This document shows positions 9,092 through 19,446 of a stretch of DNA of 64,000 bases, one piece after another. Source of the DNA: Acidobacteriota bacterium (GTDB lineage Bacteria; Acidobacteriota; Blastocatellia; UBA7656); the NCBI GenBank assembly GCA_040754075.1, contig JBFMDH010000003.1, positions 14,307-78,306 on the forward strand, read 5' to 3'. The notes under the pieces were generated by a model. The model was given only the letters and a program-made list of their open reading frames with translations. It ran no database searches and had not been told where the DNA came from. The position numbers were made by a program, and so were the translations under genes. Positions within the stretch are counted from its first letter, which is position 1; each line of letters opens with the position of its first letter.

Positions 9092-11722
9092 TTAAAAACT
9101 GAATCGGATGCCGCTTTCGATTCTGCGTCCGGGCAGAGCGGCTGTTGCCTGCCCGTAAAAAGGCGATGTCTGAACGCCTGTAAAATTGATGCGATTGGGG
9201 TGATTGAAAATGTTGTAAGCCTGAACGTAGAGTTCACCGCGCCAGCGTTTGTTGATGCCGCCGGTGCCACCCATACCGCCAAGGATGTCGCTATCATTTG
9301 AGCGAATGATTTTTACCTGGGGACCGCCTGCGGCTTCTTTCGGTTTGCCGAATCCGAATCCCCAACCAAGGCGCATGCCCATATCGAAACGCGCCGCGCC
9401 ACGGGCGCTGTTGCGACCGACGCTCGCAGGACGGTCGTTGCTTACGCTGTCGCCGTTATTATCAAAGCCTGTGGTGATGTTGTAAGGCGCAGCGGAACTT
9501 GCCTGCAAAATCGTGCCGATGCGAATCGCGCCGGGAAATTGATAATTGAACATCGCGAACAGATGATGCCTTGTATCATAAGCCGCCGGTCCGCGTTCGG
9601 CGCGCAAATCCGCATTGTTTGCCGGGAGGCTGAACGGGCTATCGGTTTCGTTTATCGCTTTCATATAAAAATAACCGAAAGTGGCAAACAAATATCTTTG
9701 CGGCGGGCGCGTGAAATTCATGTTGACGTTGACGCCAAATTGTTGCCGCGAAGCGTACGCCGTTGATTCGACCTGCGTGATGTTGCCAAATTGCGCGTCG
9801 GGGCGAACGCCATTCACGGGCGCATTGAGATTATGTCCGCGCAAAGTGTGAACGCCGCGTTGATAGGAATAATTGGCGTTGAGGTTGATGGTTGGCGCAA
9901 GCTGTCTTTGTAAGCCAACCGAAAACTGCTCAAGGTAAGGCAGATTCATTTCCGGGTCAGCAACAATTTTACTTGCCGGTAAAATGATTTGCGCGCCGCC
10001 GGTCAACGGATTTGGGAAGCCCGGATTTTGCACAATCAAATCGCGTTGCCGTGTACCATCGACGCGCAGAATCTGTTCGGTGATTTCCGAACCGACCCAG
10101 CCGTAAAAAATTCCCGCCCCGGCGCGAAACGTGGTCTTGCCGTCTTTGAATGGCGACCACGCGATACCGAGGCGCGGCGCGAAATTGTTTTTATCCCGGA
10201 CGTTGTTCTGCCATTCGTAGCGCAAGCCCAGACTGAGTGACAGGCTTTTATGCAATTTAAAATCGTCCTGTAAATAAGCGCCAAACTGATGCTGCGAAAA
10301 TTCCACACGCGGGTCGCCCGAACGCTTGGAAAAGGTCGTCGGTCGCCCGGCGCGAAAATCATCAAGGCTTGCAAAGATGAATGTGCCATTGGCATTGACG
10401 CGCTCATTGCTCTGATAATTGCCGAATTCATAGAGCACGCCGGTGCGCATGGTGTGTTTGCCGATGACGAAATCGATGTTGTCGGCGACTTCCCACTCGA
10501 AGACCTCGCGCGTCCCGGAAATCTGCGCGCCGCCGCTACCAAAGGCATTCAACACCTGAATGGTCGGCGCTTGTGAAGCCGACGATTTATCAATCGCTTG
10601 CCAGCGCGCCTGAAAGAGAATTTCATTGACCAGTTTTTTACCAACCGCGCCGGTGTCTGCAAATCTGAACAGATGTTCGACGGTGTCATTGGTGTAGGCG
10701 CGTTCCGGCAAATCGAAATCGCCGACGCCGAGGTTATCAAGTCGTGAAGCGTTGCGCTGATATTCGGTTCTCAAAGTATGGGTTTTATTGAGCGCGTGTT
10801 CGATTCTTGCGGAAAAATTCAAAGTCTTTGACGGGCGACGCGCGACATCGTTGAACGCGCCGTCGGGTAAAGCGGCAACAATGGTTTTCGATTCATAAGC
10901 GTTATTGCCATCGGCATTCAAAAACAGCGACGTGCGATTTTTCCAGAGCGGTCCGTCGAGTGAAAACCCGAAGCGGCGAAATTGTTCGGGGGCGCGAAAC
11001 GGCGCAAAGGCGTTGCGCGCATTTAACGACTCATCGCGAAATCCGAAATTCATAGAGCCGTGCCAGTTGTTGACGCCGGGTTTGGTAAGGATGTCAACGG
11101 TGATGAAATCTGCTTCATGATTGTCCGCCGAATAAGGATTCATGCGAAAGCGGATTTCGCGGATTTGCGATTTGGGCGGTAATTTCCCGCCGCGAAAGCC
11201 GTTGACTTTAAAACTCGCGCCCGGTCCTGCCATATTGCGTATAGCCTGCTCGAATTCTTCGGGGTCGTCCGGCAGTTGCGAAATTTGCTCTGCGGTTAAA
11301 ACATTGGTGAAAGCGTTTTTGCCATTATCGAGACCTTTTTCCTGGGCGCTCTGGGCGATGGTGACATTTTCTTTTACACCTTCGATTTCCATTTGCACTT
11401 CAATTTTATTGTTACCTGATTTCAAAGATTTATCTTTGATTTCCCGGGTGATGAAACCGGCGACCGACACGCGCAATTGAAAGCCAGCGGTGGCAAGGCG
11501 CAGGAAAGTGGCTTCGCCGCGCTCGTTGGTTTGCGCGGTGTGCTCTTTGCCATCGCTGGTTTGCAATTGCAATGTCGCGGCGACAATCGCTGCGCCTGTC
11601 GGGTCAACCACGGTGATACGCAAGCTGGCATCGTTTTTTGATTGCGCGGGCGCATTCAAAATGGCAATGGCGAATATGAGAAGCAGACTGATGATTTGCG
11701 CAAAGCGTTTTGTTTTTAGCAT
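9092..11722 (-). CDS. TonB-dependent outer-membrane receptor with N-terminal carboxypeptidase-regulatory-like domain
   Basis: Signal peptide [29 protein letters not shown]-terminal [22 protein letters not shown]...ERGEATF Cna-B/CarD-like fold, a plug-like region, a long beta-rich body, and a C-terminal aromatic residue (…GIRFSF). Confidence 0.75.
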   Translation of the reverse strand: MLKTKRFAQIISLLLIFAIAILNAPAQSKNDASLRITVVDPTGAAIVAATLQLQTSDGKEHTAQTNERGEATFLRLATAGFQLRVSVAGFITREIKDKSLKSGNNKIEVQMEIEGVKENVTIAQSAQEKGLDNGKNAFTNVLTAEQISQLPDDPEEFEQAIRNMAGPGASFKVNGFRGGKLPPKSQIREIRFRMNPYSADNHEADFITVDILTKPGVNNWHGSMNFGFRDESLNARNAFAPFRAPEQFRRFGFSLDGPLWKNRTSLFLNADGNNAYESKTIVAALPDGAFNDVARRPSKTLNFSARIEHALNKTHTLRTEYQRNASRLDNLGVGDFDLPERAYTNDTVEHLFRFADTGAVGKKLVNEILFQARWQAIDKSSASQAPTIQVLNAFGSGGAQISGTREVFEWEVADNIDFVIGKHTMRTGVLYEFGNYQSNERVNANGTFIFASLDDFRAGRPTTFSKRSGDPRVEFSQHQFGAYLQDDFKLHKSLSLSLGLRYEWQNNVRDKNNFAPRLGIAWSPFKDGKTTFRAGAGIFYGWVGSEITEQILRVDGTRQRDLIVQNPGFPNPLTGGAQIILPASKIVADPEMNLPYLEQFSVGLQRQLAPTINLNANYSYQRGVHTLRGHNLNAPVNGVRPDAQFGNITQVESTAYASRQQFGVNVNMNFTRPPQRYLFATFGYFYMKAINETDSPFSLPANNADLRAERGPAAYDTRHHLFAMFNYQFPGAIRIGTILQASSAAPYNITTGFDNNGDSVSNDRPASVGRNSARGAARFDMGMRLGWGFGFGKPKEAAGGPQVKIIRSNDSDILGGMGGTGGINKRWRGELYVQAYNIFNHPNRINFTGVQTSPFYGQATAALPGRRIESGIRFSF

Positions 11723-11851
11723 CGAAATACCTCTGAGCAGATAGCGAACGATGAATGATGAATTTAAGATAAAATCCAGCCGATTTTTGCTTCATCACTC
11801 ATCGTTCAAACTCAAATCTCTGGACACCGGACACCGGACTCATGACTTGGG

Positions 11852-12775
11852 TTACTTTTTGAATTTTTCAGCTTTCAGTGGCGGATTGATTTTGAACTTG
11901 GCGATTTCAGTCTCTTCGCTGACCGCGCCATTGGTGGCGCGGGTAATTTTGTGCGGCAACCAGATGCCATCAACCGCGCGATAATCGGTGTAGAAAATCT
12001 GTATCTCGATTTCGTTGGGTTTTTCCGGGGTGGCTTTAGCGGCGTCGGCTTGTTTTTCAATCTCTTTGGCTCGTTTATGCGCTTCTTCCTGACTGCCGGC
12101 TTGGAAGGATTCGGTTCGCACCATGATTTTTGGAGCGAAACCGCGATAACTGAGCATCAACGGTTGATGGGTTTTCTGGTCTAGAAACAGTCGCGCTGCA
12201 AAGCCATCCGCGCCGCGGGCTTCGATGACATCGGCTTTGCCTTCGGGGGCTTCGGCTTCGCCCGCGTAGGTGAATTCGATTTGGTAAGCATCGGGAACCG
12301 TAAGCAACCAGGCTAAAAGATTTCGCGCATAATCATTTTTCATGACGCGCAGTCGCTGCGCTTTAGCTTTTTCATCATCACTACCAGGGCGACGCATGAC
12401 GACCACGCCGCTACCCGAAGAACTCTGGTCTTCCAGCAGTTCGTTGCCATTAAATCCGCCGATGCGGGTGATGTGTGCTGCGCCGCCCATCATCGTCAGG
12501 TTTTCGGTGAGTTTGAATTTATCCGGGAACAAAAATTCCATTTCAAACTCGCCTTCCATTTCCGGGGCATTGGGCGCGAGAATGCGCCGGAATTTCCCGG
12601 TGCAGGAAAGGCTTTGGACGGCTTTCAATTTGGCTTCCCCGCCGAGCGCCTGCCGCGCCTGGGTGAGCAATTCCTGAGCGCGCGCTTTATCGCCGTCACT
12701 GGCGAGCAAAATCGGATTGGACGCGCCGGTAATCGCAAAAATAACAATAAGAATCAATTCAATCATCTTGTGCAT
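11852..12775 (-). CDS. Secreted hypothetical protein (LolA-like / outer-membrane lipoprotein-sorting-like, tentative)
   Basis: Signal peptide MHKMIELILIVIFAITGASNPILLA. No catalytic motifs recognised. The family assignment is tentative. Confidence 0.4.
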   Translation of the reverse strand: MHKMIELILIVIFAITGASNPILLASDGDKARAQELLTQARQALGGEAKLKAVQSLSCTGKFRRILAPNAPEMEGEFEMEFLFPDKFKLTENLTMMGGAAHITRIGGFNGNELLEDQSSSGSGVVVMRRPGSDDEKAKAQRLRVMKNDYARNLLAWLLTVPDAYQIEFTYAGEAEAPEGKADVIEARGADGFAARLFLDQKTHQPLMLSYRGFAPKIMVRTESFQAGSQEEAHKRAKEIEKQADAAKATPEKPNEIEIQIFYTDYRAVDGIWLPHKITRATNGAVSEETEIAKFKINPPLKAEKFKK

Positions 12776-13058
12776 AACTCCATTTCTCCTTCAACTGGTT
12801 TGGTCAGAACGCGCTGCCGCGACATCCCTATTAACGCACAAAATCGAAAAGAAGTGGTTAAGGATAGGCAAAGAGATTGTTAAGGATGTAAAAAGATGAC
12901 CGCCTTCACTCAGCTAAGGCAAATGGGTTGATTGAAGGTGAAGCGTAGAACAAACGCCGTGAAGCATTCAGCCCGATCAGGTATGGTCTGGCTTTTTCTT
13001 TCTCACTTTGCCGACCGGTTAGCTTAGGCTGATGCTGACGCTACTTTCTGCAAACAGG

Positions 13059-13108
13059 TCCCTGAATTTTCGCATTCGCGTTCTGCTCCAGAGTCAGGGC
13101 ATTTTTTT
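13059..13108 (+). terminator. Putative intrinsic terminator (stem CCCTGA / TCAGGG plus T-run) in an ORF-free region
   Basis: tCCCTGA...(28-nt loop)...TCAGGGcattttttt. The loop is long, so confidence is low. Confidence 0.3.
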
Positions 13109-13172
13109 ATCATTTTGCATCGCTTTTATTCCGCTTTGCGTCAGTGGCTATAGGCTTAAATTTCCGTGCCTG

Positions 13173-13202
13173 CCCCACTTATTTGAGTGGGGCTTTTTTT
13201 AT
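13173..13202 (+). terminator. Strong intrinsic terminator with no upstream plus-strand ORF (candidate sRNA 3' end)
   Basis: GCCCCACT-tatttg-AGTGGGGC followed by TTTTTTT. This is an 8-bp GC-rich stem with a 6-nt loop and 7 U residues, plus-strand specific. Confidence 0.6.
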
Positions 13203-13380
13203 TGCAAAATCTTTTGGTTCAAACTCTCAATAACGTTGACCTATTACCTCCAAGACCGGCGGTCTAAATGATGACTTAAACCAGATTTGATTGTTCAATT
13301 ATTCAGTGCCATTTTGCATCGTCAGTTTCAGGTTTCCCGTCTACTAATCGCGTAAACCGATTTTGAAAGGAGCAGGCATT

Positions 13381-14010
13381 ATGGCGAACTTTACGAAATC
13401 TGTTATCAGCGTTCCGGTGTTTGGAAAAACCACGATCACCATGCTTGGCGGCGGCCCGCCTCCGGCGAATCTGGCGCTTGATATTAGACCGGATAATCCC
13501 GGTTTGGTTTCTGCAACCCGGACAGCCACCCGATTGGGGCCCGAATATGATTGGGAGATTACCGGTAAATTTCCCGGAAAGACCCTGCTGCAAGCCCTCA
13601 TTCCCGGAACCGCGAGTACCTATTCCGCTCCCCTTGAAGTAGTGGTAACCGGGCGCATCACGATTAAATTTTCAGCCAATGGCGAAGGAACCATGACCTG
13701 TGTGGGCTTAGGAAATTTCAAGGTGTTAGGTCAACCGGGAAGACAATACCCCAAAGATATAACCGTTGATCCGAATGCCGACCCCACCGTCAAAAAGACG
13801 CTTCATCATAGTAAAGAATTTAATGTCGATATGCCCTTTGCAATACGAATCTGGGGACAGATGGGAATTTTTATTCACGAATTTCCTGATAACCTGAGCG
13901 AAAATGGCGGGCCCTCTGCCGGGTGTATTCACGTTGGCAAACCCAATTCAAAGCGCGTCTTCGACTATATCGTTACCCGAACGCGCATTACCATCGAATA
14001 CCCTTGGTGA
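13381..14010 (+). CDS. L,D-transpeptidase-like (YkuD-fold) domain protein
   Basis: AGGAG SD upstream of the ATG at 13381. The C-terminal GIFIHEFPDNLSENGGPSAGCIHVGKPN resembles the YkuD catalytic H...(S/T)HGC(I/V)R motif, with substitutions. Confidence 0.5.
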   Translation: MANFTKSVISVPVFGKTTITMLGGGPPPANLALDIRPDNPGLVSATRTATRLGPEYDWEITGKFPGKTLLQALIPGTASTYSAPLEVVVTGRITIKFSANGEGTMTCVGLGNFKVLGQPGRQYPKDITVDPNADPTVKKTLHHSKEFNVDMPFAIRIWGQMGIFIHEFPDNLSENGGPSAGCIHVGKPNSKRVFDYIVTRTRITIEYPW

Positions 14011-14348
14011 ATCGTAGAAGGAATGAACGGTTGTGAGACTATCCGTTGCTTGAGATAGCCAAACATCTGCCTATGTTGGCAGCACAATCGCCGGACTCAA
14101 GGAAAGCGCCGAGGGAAAAGTTCAGCCCTTGATGAAAACAAATCTGTCTTTGAGCAGCAAAACGGCAAAGGGCTGATTCCCGATAAATGAGGTTGAAAAG
14201 TTGCAATATGGGCAGCAAGCCGGGCGGCGCAATTTACGACTCAAACGCTAAAACCGAACCTCCTCCAATGGTAAATAATATTGAGGAACCGGGTAGTGAT
14301 TAGGGTTCTCAATGATTATCCGTATTGCCCGGTTTTCTCTACCTCGGT

Positions 14349-15086
14349 CTATCTTGACGCCGCCAGTGTCGCAATGGAGTTGCAGGCGCAGGCTTCGACG
14401 CCGTAGTTAAACCCATTTCTGAAAGCCGCTGTGCGTTTTTGCGAAGTGCCGTGGGCGTTTTTTGCATAGATGCTGATGGCGGTGTGGTCACCGGCTTCGA
14501 TGAGTGAACTGATGGCTTTCGGAATATCATTTGTCTCAAGACGTGGCGTGCGACTTTCGCTTCGGGCAAAGGCTCCGGCAAAACAATCGGCTTTCAACTC
14601 TTTTTCAATGTCGTAACGATTCGCAGAGATGCGCCCTTGTCTTTCAAGCAGGGTTTGCACCGCGTGTCCCCATTCGTGGGCGAGAATCGTCACTACCGCA
14701 AAATCGCCATGCTTTGCCATCTGAGCGTAAAAGAAATTGTAGTCATAATAAATCGCATGGGCTGACGGAATGTACAGGGCGTTGCGCAACGGTTGGCTGG
14801 CGCGATAGACCGTGGGCGCAGTGTAACGCAAACCGTTGGCGGCGAAAACCTCGCGCCAGTAAGCGTTGATGTAAAAGCCGGCGGTTCTCACCAGTTCATC
14901 AACTTCCCAGTTGGTCGGCGCAGCCATTTCGGTTGTGAAATTGAAATCGGCAGACGAAAAAGCGTAAACCGCAACCGGCTCAATCGGTCTGGTTGAAAAT
15001 GGCGCACCGGTTGACGCAAGACTGAACAGGGCGAATAAACCAACCAACGCATAAAGCACAACATTTCGTTTCACTCGTTTAATCAT
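14349..15086 (-). CDS. Putative neutral zinc metallopeptidase (YpfJ-like)
   Basis: HEWGH (HExxH) motif. N-terminal membrane anchor or signal MIKRVKRNVVLYALVGLFALFSLA. Confidence 0.6.
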   Translation of the reverse strand: MIKRVKRNVVLYALVGLFALFSLASTGAPFSTRPIEPVAVYAFSSADFNFTTEMAAPTNWEVDELVRTAGFYINAYWREVFAANGLRYTAPTVYRASQPLRNALYIPSAHAIYYDYNFFYAQMAKHGDFAVVTILAHEWGHAVQTLLERQGRISANRYDIEKELKADCFAGAFARSESRTPRLETNDIPKAISSLIEAGDHTAISIYAKNAHGTSQKRTAAFRNGFNYGVEACACNSIATLAASR

Positions 15087-15175
15087 TCGTTTCTCCTTTA
15101 AGCGATTTTTCTGTCAATTGGGAGCGGCGCAAAACGCCTGTCGATATTCCCTCAGAATAAAATTGTGTGAGTCGT

Positions 15176-15529
15176 TTAACCGACCAGCATGCGAAAGAAA
15201 CCTTTCAGTAGATTAATCGCGCCGGTAATAAACAAACCGATGGTGACAATATAAATGCCGCCGTTTTTTGCCGCTGAATAAGAAGCCGCGGTAATCACCA
15301 CGCCTAAAACCAACAGCGCAAGACCTGCGAAAAAGGCTTTGGCTCCGGCTTTGCGAAAAGCCGCTTTCTTGGCGCGTTGCGCTTCGCCGACGATTTGCCC
15401 GGCATCTTCCTGTGAAAACCCTTTGCCAATGAGTTCGACAATAACTTCGTGTTGTCGTTTGCCGTTGATGAGCGCCGACAGCGCTTCAATGTAGGATTGT
15501 TCAAAAATCTGGTGTAAGTTGTTGGTCAT
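15176..15529 (-). CDS. Small membrane protein, hypothetical
   Basis: 117 aa with two C-terminal hydrophobic helices (FFAGLALLVLGVVITAASY, IYIVTIGLFITGAINLL). Confidence 0.4.
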   Translation of the reverse strand: MTNNLHQIFEQSYIEALSALINGKRQHEVIVELIGKGFSQEDAGQIVGEAQRAKKAAFRKAGAKAFFAGLALLVLGVVITAASYSAAKNGGIYIVTIGLFITGAINLLKGFFRMLVG

Positions 15530-15604
15530 CTTCTTCTCCTTGAGTTTTCGTTTTCACCAGGCAAGGTCGCTGAAAACCGCGCGATATTGCCTGGTTGAAA
15601 AAAT

Positions 15605-15665
15605 TTTTTACTGAGCGTAAAAAATCAGCCGCGCCTTTTGCATCAACTCAAAGGACGCGGCTGAC
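15605..15665 (-). terminator. Intrinsic terminator of the lipoprotein gene (minus strand)
   Basis: On the minus strand: TCAGCCGCG...CGCGGCTGA, a 9-bp stem, followed by ATTTTTTAC. Confidence 0.5.
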
Positions 15666-15687
15666 GCGCAGCGCGGGTTAAAAAAGT

Positions 15688-16254
15688 TCAGGCGCGAATT
15701 TCAAAGGAATTTAAAAAGCGCGAGGCTTCGGATGGCACATTAGCGTTTTTAGGCATGACAAACATCACCTGATAGAGTCTGCGCCCGACAATCACCACTT
15801 GAGATACACCGATGAAATCATTACCTTCGATGCGCACGACGCGCCCGCTATAACCGCTGATGGAAACATTTTCCTGACGCATAATGCGTCCGCGCATGCC
15901 ATCTGCCTGACCTTGACAGGCGCGATTCAACGCCTCGCCATCCAGCGCATAAGGGTAATCATTGTAGGCGACAAAATAAGCATATCTGCCGTCGGGGCTT
16001 TCAACGGAATAGACGTGTTGGGTGACCCAATGACCGGATACAGTTTTTATTGGTCTGGTGGTGTATTGCGGATTGGCGGGCATCATTACCGAAAATCCAC
16101 CAAGGTTCGATGACACCGGAACCATGCTGCCGGATTGTCTGGCATATGCCGATTGCCCGGCATAGGCTGACAGCGCGCAACCGGTTATCAACATCGGCAA
16201 CATCGCAACGAACAACATAAAAAACGGTTTAATCAGGTAGCTTCTCTCAAACAT
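15688..16254 (-). CDS. Lipoprotein, hypothetical
   Basis: Signal peptide with lipobox LITGC. Confidence 0.5.
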   Translation of the reverse strand: MFERSYLIKPFFMLFVAMLPMLITGCALSAYAGQSAYARQSGSMVPVSSNLGGFSVMMPANPQYTTRPIKTVSGHWVTQHVYSVESPDGRYAYFVAYNDYPYALDGEALNRACQGQADGMRGRIMRQENVSISGYSGRVVRIEGNDFIGVSQVVIVGRRLYQVMFVMPKNANVPSEASRFLNSFEIRA

Positions 16255-16374
16255 TTTTTTCCTCTCCTTTTCTCAATCGGTTTTCTAAATTTTCAATAGA
16301 GCCTTCAGGCTCACTTGCTGAGTTATTGACGGGCGGCGCAACATGGCAGCCGATATTTGCCGCCGCTGAATTTA

Positions 16375-16488
16375 AAATCGCAGCGAGCCGATGTATAAAA
16401 GCGTGCCGATACTTGCCATCAATAAACCTGCCTTGATACATCCGGCGGCAATTGCCAGAAAGATAATGCTGATTTTTTCGTTCATCGT
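16375..16488 (-). CDS. Small hydrophobic peptide (38 aa), hypothetical
   Basis: ATG preceded by GGAGGGAAG 5 nt upstream. Encodes MNEKISIIFLAIAAGCIKAGLLMASIGTLLYIGSLRF. Absent from the ORF table because it is under 60 aa. Confidence 0.35.
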
Positions 16489-16687
16489 TTCTTCCCTCCG
16501 CTCGTGGACGGCGCGAAAAATCCGGGGATATTCCTGAACTCAAAAATTTTTTCAGCAATCAAAAAGGGGTGTGGATGAAGCGCCGGTCATCCCGTATAAT
16601 CTGCCTGATTTTATTGGGTATTCCGGTTAATCTGGATAGAACGAGCGCGTTTAATCGCGACTCTGAGCGGGTAGCGGAGGCTTCACC

Positions 16688-17788
16688 TTGGCTGAACAAC
16701 GAAAATCCGTCGAAGCGCTTCTTGAAGATGCAAAAGAAACCATCGAAGGCATCATCAGAAAAAAATTCCGCGTTTCGCTTTCGCCATCGGATGGTCGTTA
16801 TGAAAATCAAAATGCCCTGGAACTCTGCCAGGAAGTTTATACTCTGCTGTTTGAACGGTTGGTCGAACAGGAGCACAATCCCACCGCCGAACCGATTCGC
16901 AGCATTCGCGATTATGCAGCGGTTCTCACCTATCATCGTTGCGCCGAGTTGCGGCGCGCGCAGAATAAACAGTGGCACAGTTTAAAAAATAAAGTTCGTT
17001 ATTTTCTCGGCAAACGCCCTGAATATGCGGTGTGGAGTAATGACACCGGCGAATGGTTGTGCGGTTTCGTCTCGCAAAAAAATCGTCCGCCGAGTCGCGA
17101 ACTCGCTGTAAAACTTGAAGCCTTGAATCAGCATACGCCAACCATTTTGCCTGCCCATTTAATCAGCAAAGATTTGCGCAATCTCAAAGACGCCGACTGG
17201 CAGGAATTAATCGAAACCATTTTCAAACACCTCGACAGCGCCGTTGAAGTCGATGATATCGTCAGCGCCATCGCCGACATTTTCGGTGTGCAGGATGACC
17301 TGCCGCTTAGCGAAAGCGCTTTCGATAATGAAGAACCAGGGCGTCCGCCCATTGACCCGAAAGATGAAGGGTTGACGCCCGAAGAGACCCTCAGTCAACG
17401 CCAGTTTCTTGAAAAACTCTGGCAGCAGATTGTTGAACTGCGCCCCAATCAACGCATCGCTTATCTGTTGAACTTTCGCGATGCGGATGGCGATATTCAA
17501 TTATTTACCTGGAACGGAATCGTCAGCCTTGAACAGATTGGCGCGCTGCTTAATTTGACCGACGAACAGTTTGAACGGGCATGGCAGGCGTTGCCGCTGG
17601 ATGAAGCGACGCGGGCATTGCTTCGCACAACCACAGAGTATCACACGAAATTTGCGGCGCTTTTTGCGCATATTCCGCTCGAAGATTTATTGATTGCCAG
17701 GATGCTTGGCGGCGAACGCCAGCAGGTCATCAATTTGCGCAAGTGCGCGCGTGAACGGTTGGCGAAATATCTGCGGTCATTTCAATAA
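16688..17788 (+). CDS. Extended ECF-type RNA polymerase sigma factor (sigma-70 region 2 and region 4 like)
   Basis: TTG start. Region-2-like IRDYAAVLTYHRCAELRRAQNKQW and C-terminal region-4-like helix-turn-helix NLRKCARERLAKYLRS. At 366 aa it is unusually long for an ECF sigma. Directly followed by an anti-sigma gene. Confidence 0.5.
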   Translation: MAEQRKSVEALLEDAKETIEGIIRKKFRVSLSPSDGRYENQNALELCQEVYTLLFERLVEQEHNPTAEPIRSIRDYAAVLTYHRCAELRRAQNKQWHSLKNKVRYFLGKRPEYAVWSNDTGEWLCGFVSQKNRPPSRELAVKLEALNQHTPTILPAHLISKDLRNLKDADWQELIETIFKHLDSAVEVDDIVSAIADIFGVQDDLPLSESAFDNEEPGRPPIDPKDEGLTPEETLSQRQFLEKLWQQIVELRPNQRIAYLLNFRDADGDIQLFTWNGIVSLEQIGALLNLTDEQFERAWQALPLDEATRALLRTTTEYHTKFAALFAHIPLEDLLIARMLGGERQQVINLRKCARERLAKYLRSFQ

Positions 17789-17917
17789 TTTTTTACAGGA
17801 AAATTTATGAGCAAAAATATTTTTAGCGTTGGTAATATGCGAACCCTTTGGGCGACTTTAATAGCTGGAATAGACGGTTTTGCCGGTCACGGGCAGAGGT
17901 GAAAGGTTGGCACAATA

Positions 17918-18928
17918 ATGTTGGAGCACCTTACAAGTGAACAGATCGAGCAGTATCGCGCGCGGCGTTTAAAGCCCGAAGAGTTTTTACAGGCAGACCG
18001 GCATCTGTTTTCCTGTGCTGTGTGTCGCGCCCAGTTGCCGCCCGGTGAACTGCAAAGCGCGTTCAGTAAACTGAAGCGCAATCTGCAAACCGCATCCGAC
18101 CGGGACAGTCACCTTGATTATCAATTGCTCGAAGCTTTCGTCGATAATCGCGCCAATGAATTGGATAGAGAAATTGTCGAAAGCCACATTGAAATGTGCA
18201 GCGATTGTGCTGCCGAATTAAAAGAGCTTCAGGCATTTGCCGCCATGTTGAAAAGCTCAGCCGAGGCGGATAAACCTACGGTTGTCGCGCCTTCGCTGTG
18301 GCAAAAATTTCTCGCAGGCATTGGGCTATCAACTGCCGGCGCGTCCTTTTCCGTCTGGCGTCTTGCAGCCGTAGCCGCGATGTTGCTCTTAATTGCCGCT
18401 GTCTCGACTTTGGTGATTTTTCAACTGCGTAATTTCAAATCGCAACAAATGGCTCAAAGCGACAACCACCAAGCAACACCTGAAAACCTCAACGCCAATC
18501 AGAACAAGCCGGCAAATCCGGTCATCGCAACCGAGGGCAATCAAAATCAACAAACGAGTAATAAAAACATCGCGCCGCCCGCGCCGCCCCGACCCACTTC
18601 CGTATTCGCCTTTCTGGTGCCGCTGGAAATCGGTAAAGGAGGCGGCGATGAAAGCACATTAAAAATTGCCCCCGATGTCGGTTTTGTGGATTTAAAGGTC
18701 GCAATCAAAAACGCCGAAGGAAAAACATTCACCGCGCGATTGAAAAAACAAGGTGGCGGTGCGCGAAACTTCAAAATGATTAAAACTCAAGATGGCTTTG
18801 TCGCCCTCAGAATCCGCGCCAATGAATTGAGCGATGGCTTTTATTACCTGACGATTAGGCGCGCGCCCGCCGAAGCCGATGATTCGCCCATCGAAACTGG
18901 TTTTACGGTCGTGAAATTAAAAAATTGA
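17918..18928 (+). CDS. Anti-sigma factor, zf-HC2 type, single-pass membrane protein
   Basis: N-terminal HxxxCxxC zinc finger (HIEMCSDCAAEL), a transmembrane helix WRLAAVAAMLLLIAAVSTLVIF, and a C-terminal extracytoplasmic domain. Confidence 0.6.
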   Translation: MLEHLTSEQIEQYRARRLKPEEFLQADRHLFSCAVCRAQLPPGELQSAFSKLKRNLQTASDRDSHLDYQLLEAFVDNRANELDREIVESHIEMCSDCAAELKELQAFAAMLKSSAEADKPTVVAPSLWQKFLAGIGLSTAGASFSVWRLAAVAAMLLLIAAVSTLVIFQLRNFKSQQMAQSDNHQATPENLNANQNKPANPVIATEGNQNQQTSNKNIAPPAPPRPTSVFAFLVPLEIGKGGGDESTLKIAPDVGFVDLKVAIKNAEGKTFTARLKKQGGGARNFKMIKTQDGFVALRIRANELSDGFYYLTIRRAPAEADDSPIETGFTVVKLKN

Positions 18929-19047
18929 AAGTCCAAAAACGACAATAATGACCGGCATTTTTAGGCTATTGAGGCAGGCTGTGCCTGTCTTTTCAATCCA
19001 CCACCTAACTTCCGGTTGAAACTTTTTACCCATTGCGAGTTCGCTGC

Positions 19048-19446
19048 TTACATGCCTGTGGCGGGTTCACCGAACCCATTTTCTTTTGCCAGAAAGCTGT
19101 GGATTTTCAGTAACAAGCGTTGAAAATCGACAGGCTTGGTATCGTACTCATCACAGCCCGCGGCGAGCGCTTTTTCTCTGTCAGTCGAAAGCGCATGCGC
19201 GGTGAGCGCAATAATCGGTATGTGCCTGGTGGTAGCATCGGATTTCAGTCGTCGTGTGGCTTCCCAGCCGTCGATTTCGGGAAGACTCAAATCCATTAAA
19301 ATCAAATCGGGAAAACCCTTATGCGCTTCGGCGATTCCCTGTAATCCGTCACTGGCAACCGTCACTTCGTAACCTTTGCGCATCAGCCTTCGCGATAGCA
19401 TATCACTGTTCATTTCATTGTCATCAACCAGAAGAATTTTAGACAT
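19048..19446 (-). CDS. Single-domain response regulator (CheY-like receiver)
   Basis: ILLVDDNEMN...DLILMDLSLPEIDG...IPIIALTAH...K matches the receiver-domain D/D/T/K signature. The start overlaps the kinase stop by 8 nt. Confidence 0.8.
   Translation of the reverse strand: MSKILLVDDNEMNSDMLSRRLMRKGYEVTVASDGLQGIAEAHKGFPDLILMDLSLPEIDGWEATRRLKSDATTRHIPIIALTAHALSTDREKALAAGCDEYDTKPVDFQRLLLKIHSFLAKENGFGEPATGM

Noticed and set aside
13032-13271. 79-aa ORF in the 12776-13380 gap
   Set aside because: It runs straight through two intrinsic terminators, has implausible F/L/C/W-rich composition and no SD. The region is better explained as non-coding.
16247-16558. 103-aa ORF upstream of the lipoprotein gene
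   Set aside because: Highly basic, low-complexity translation with no SD. The same region contains a better-supported 38-aa hydrophobic peptide gene in another frame.
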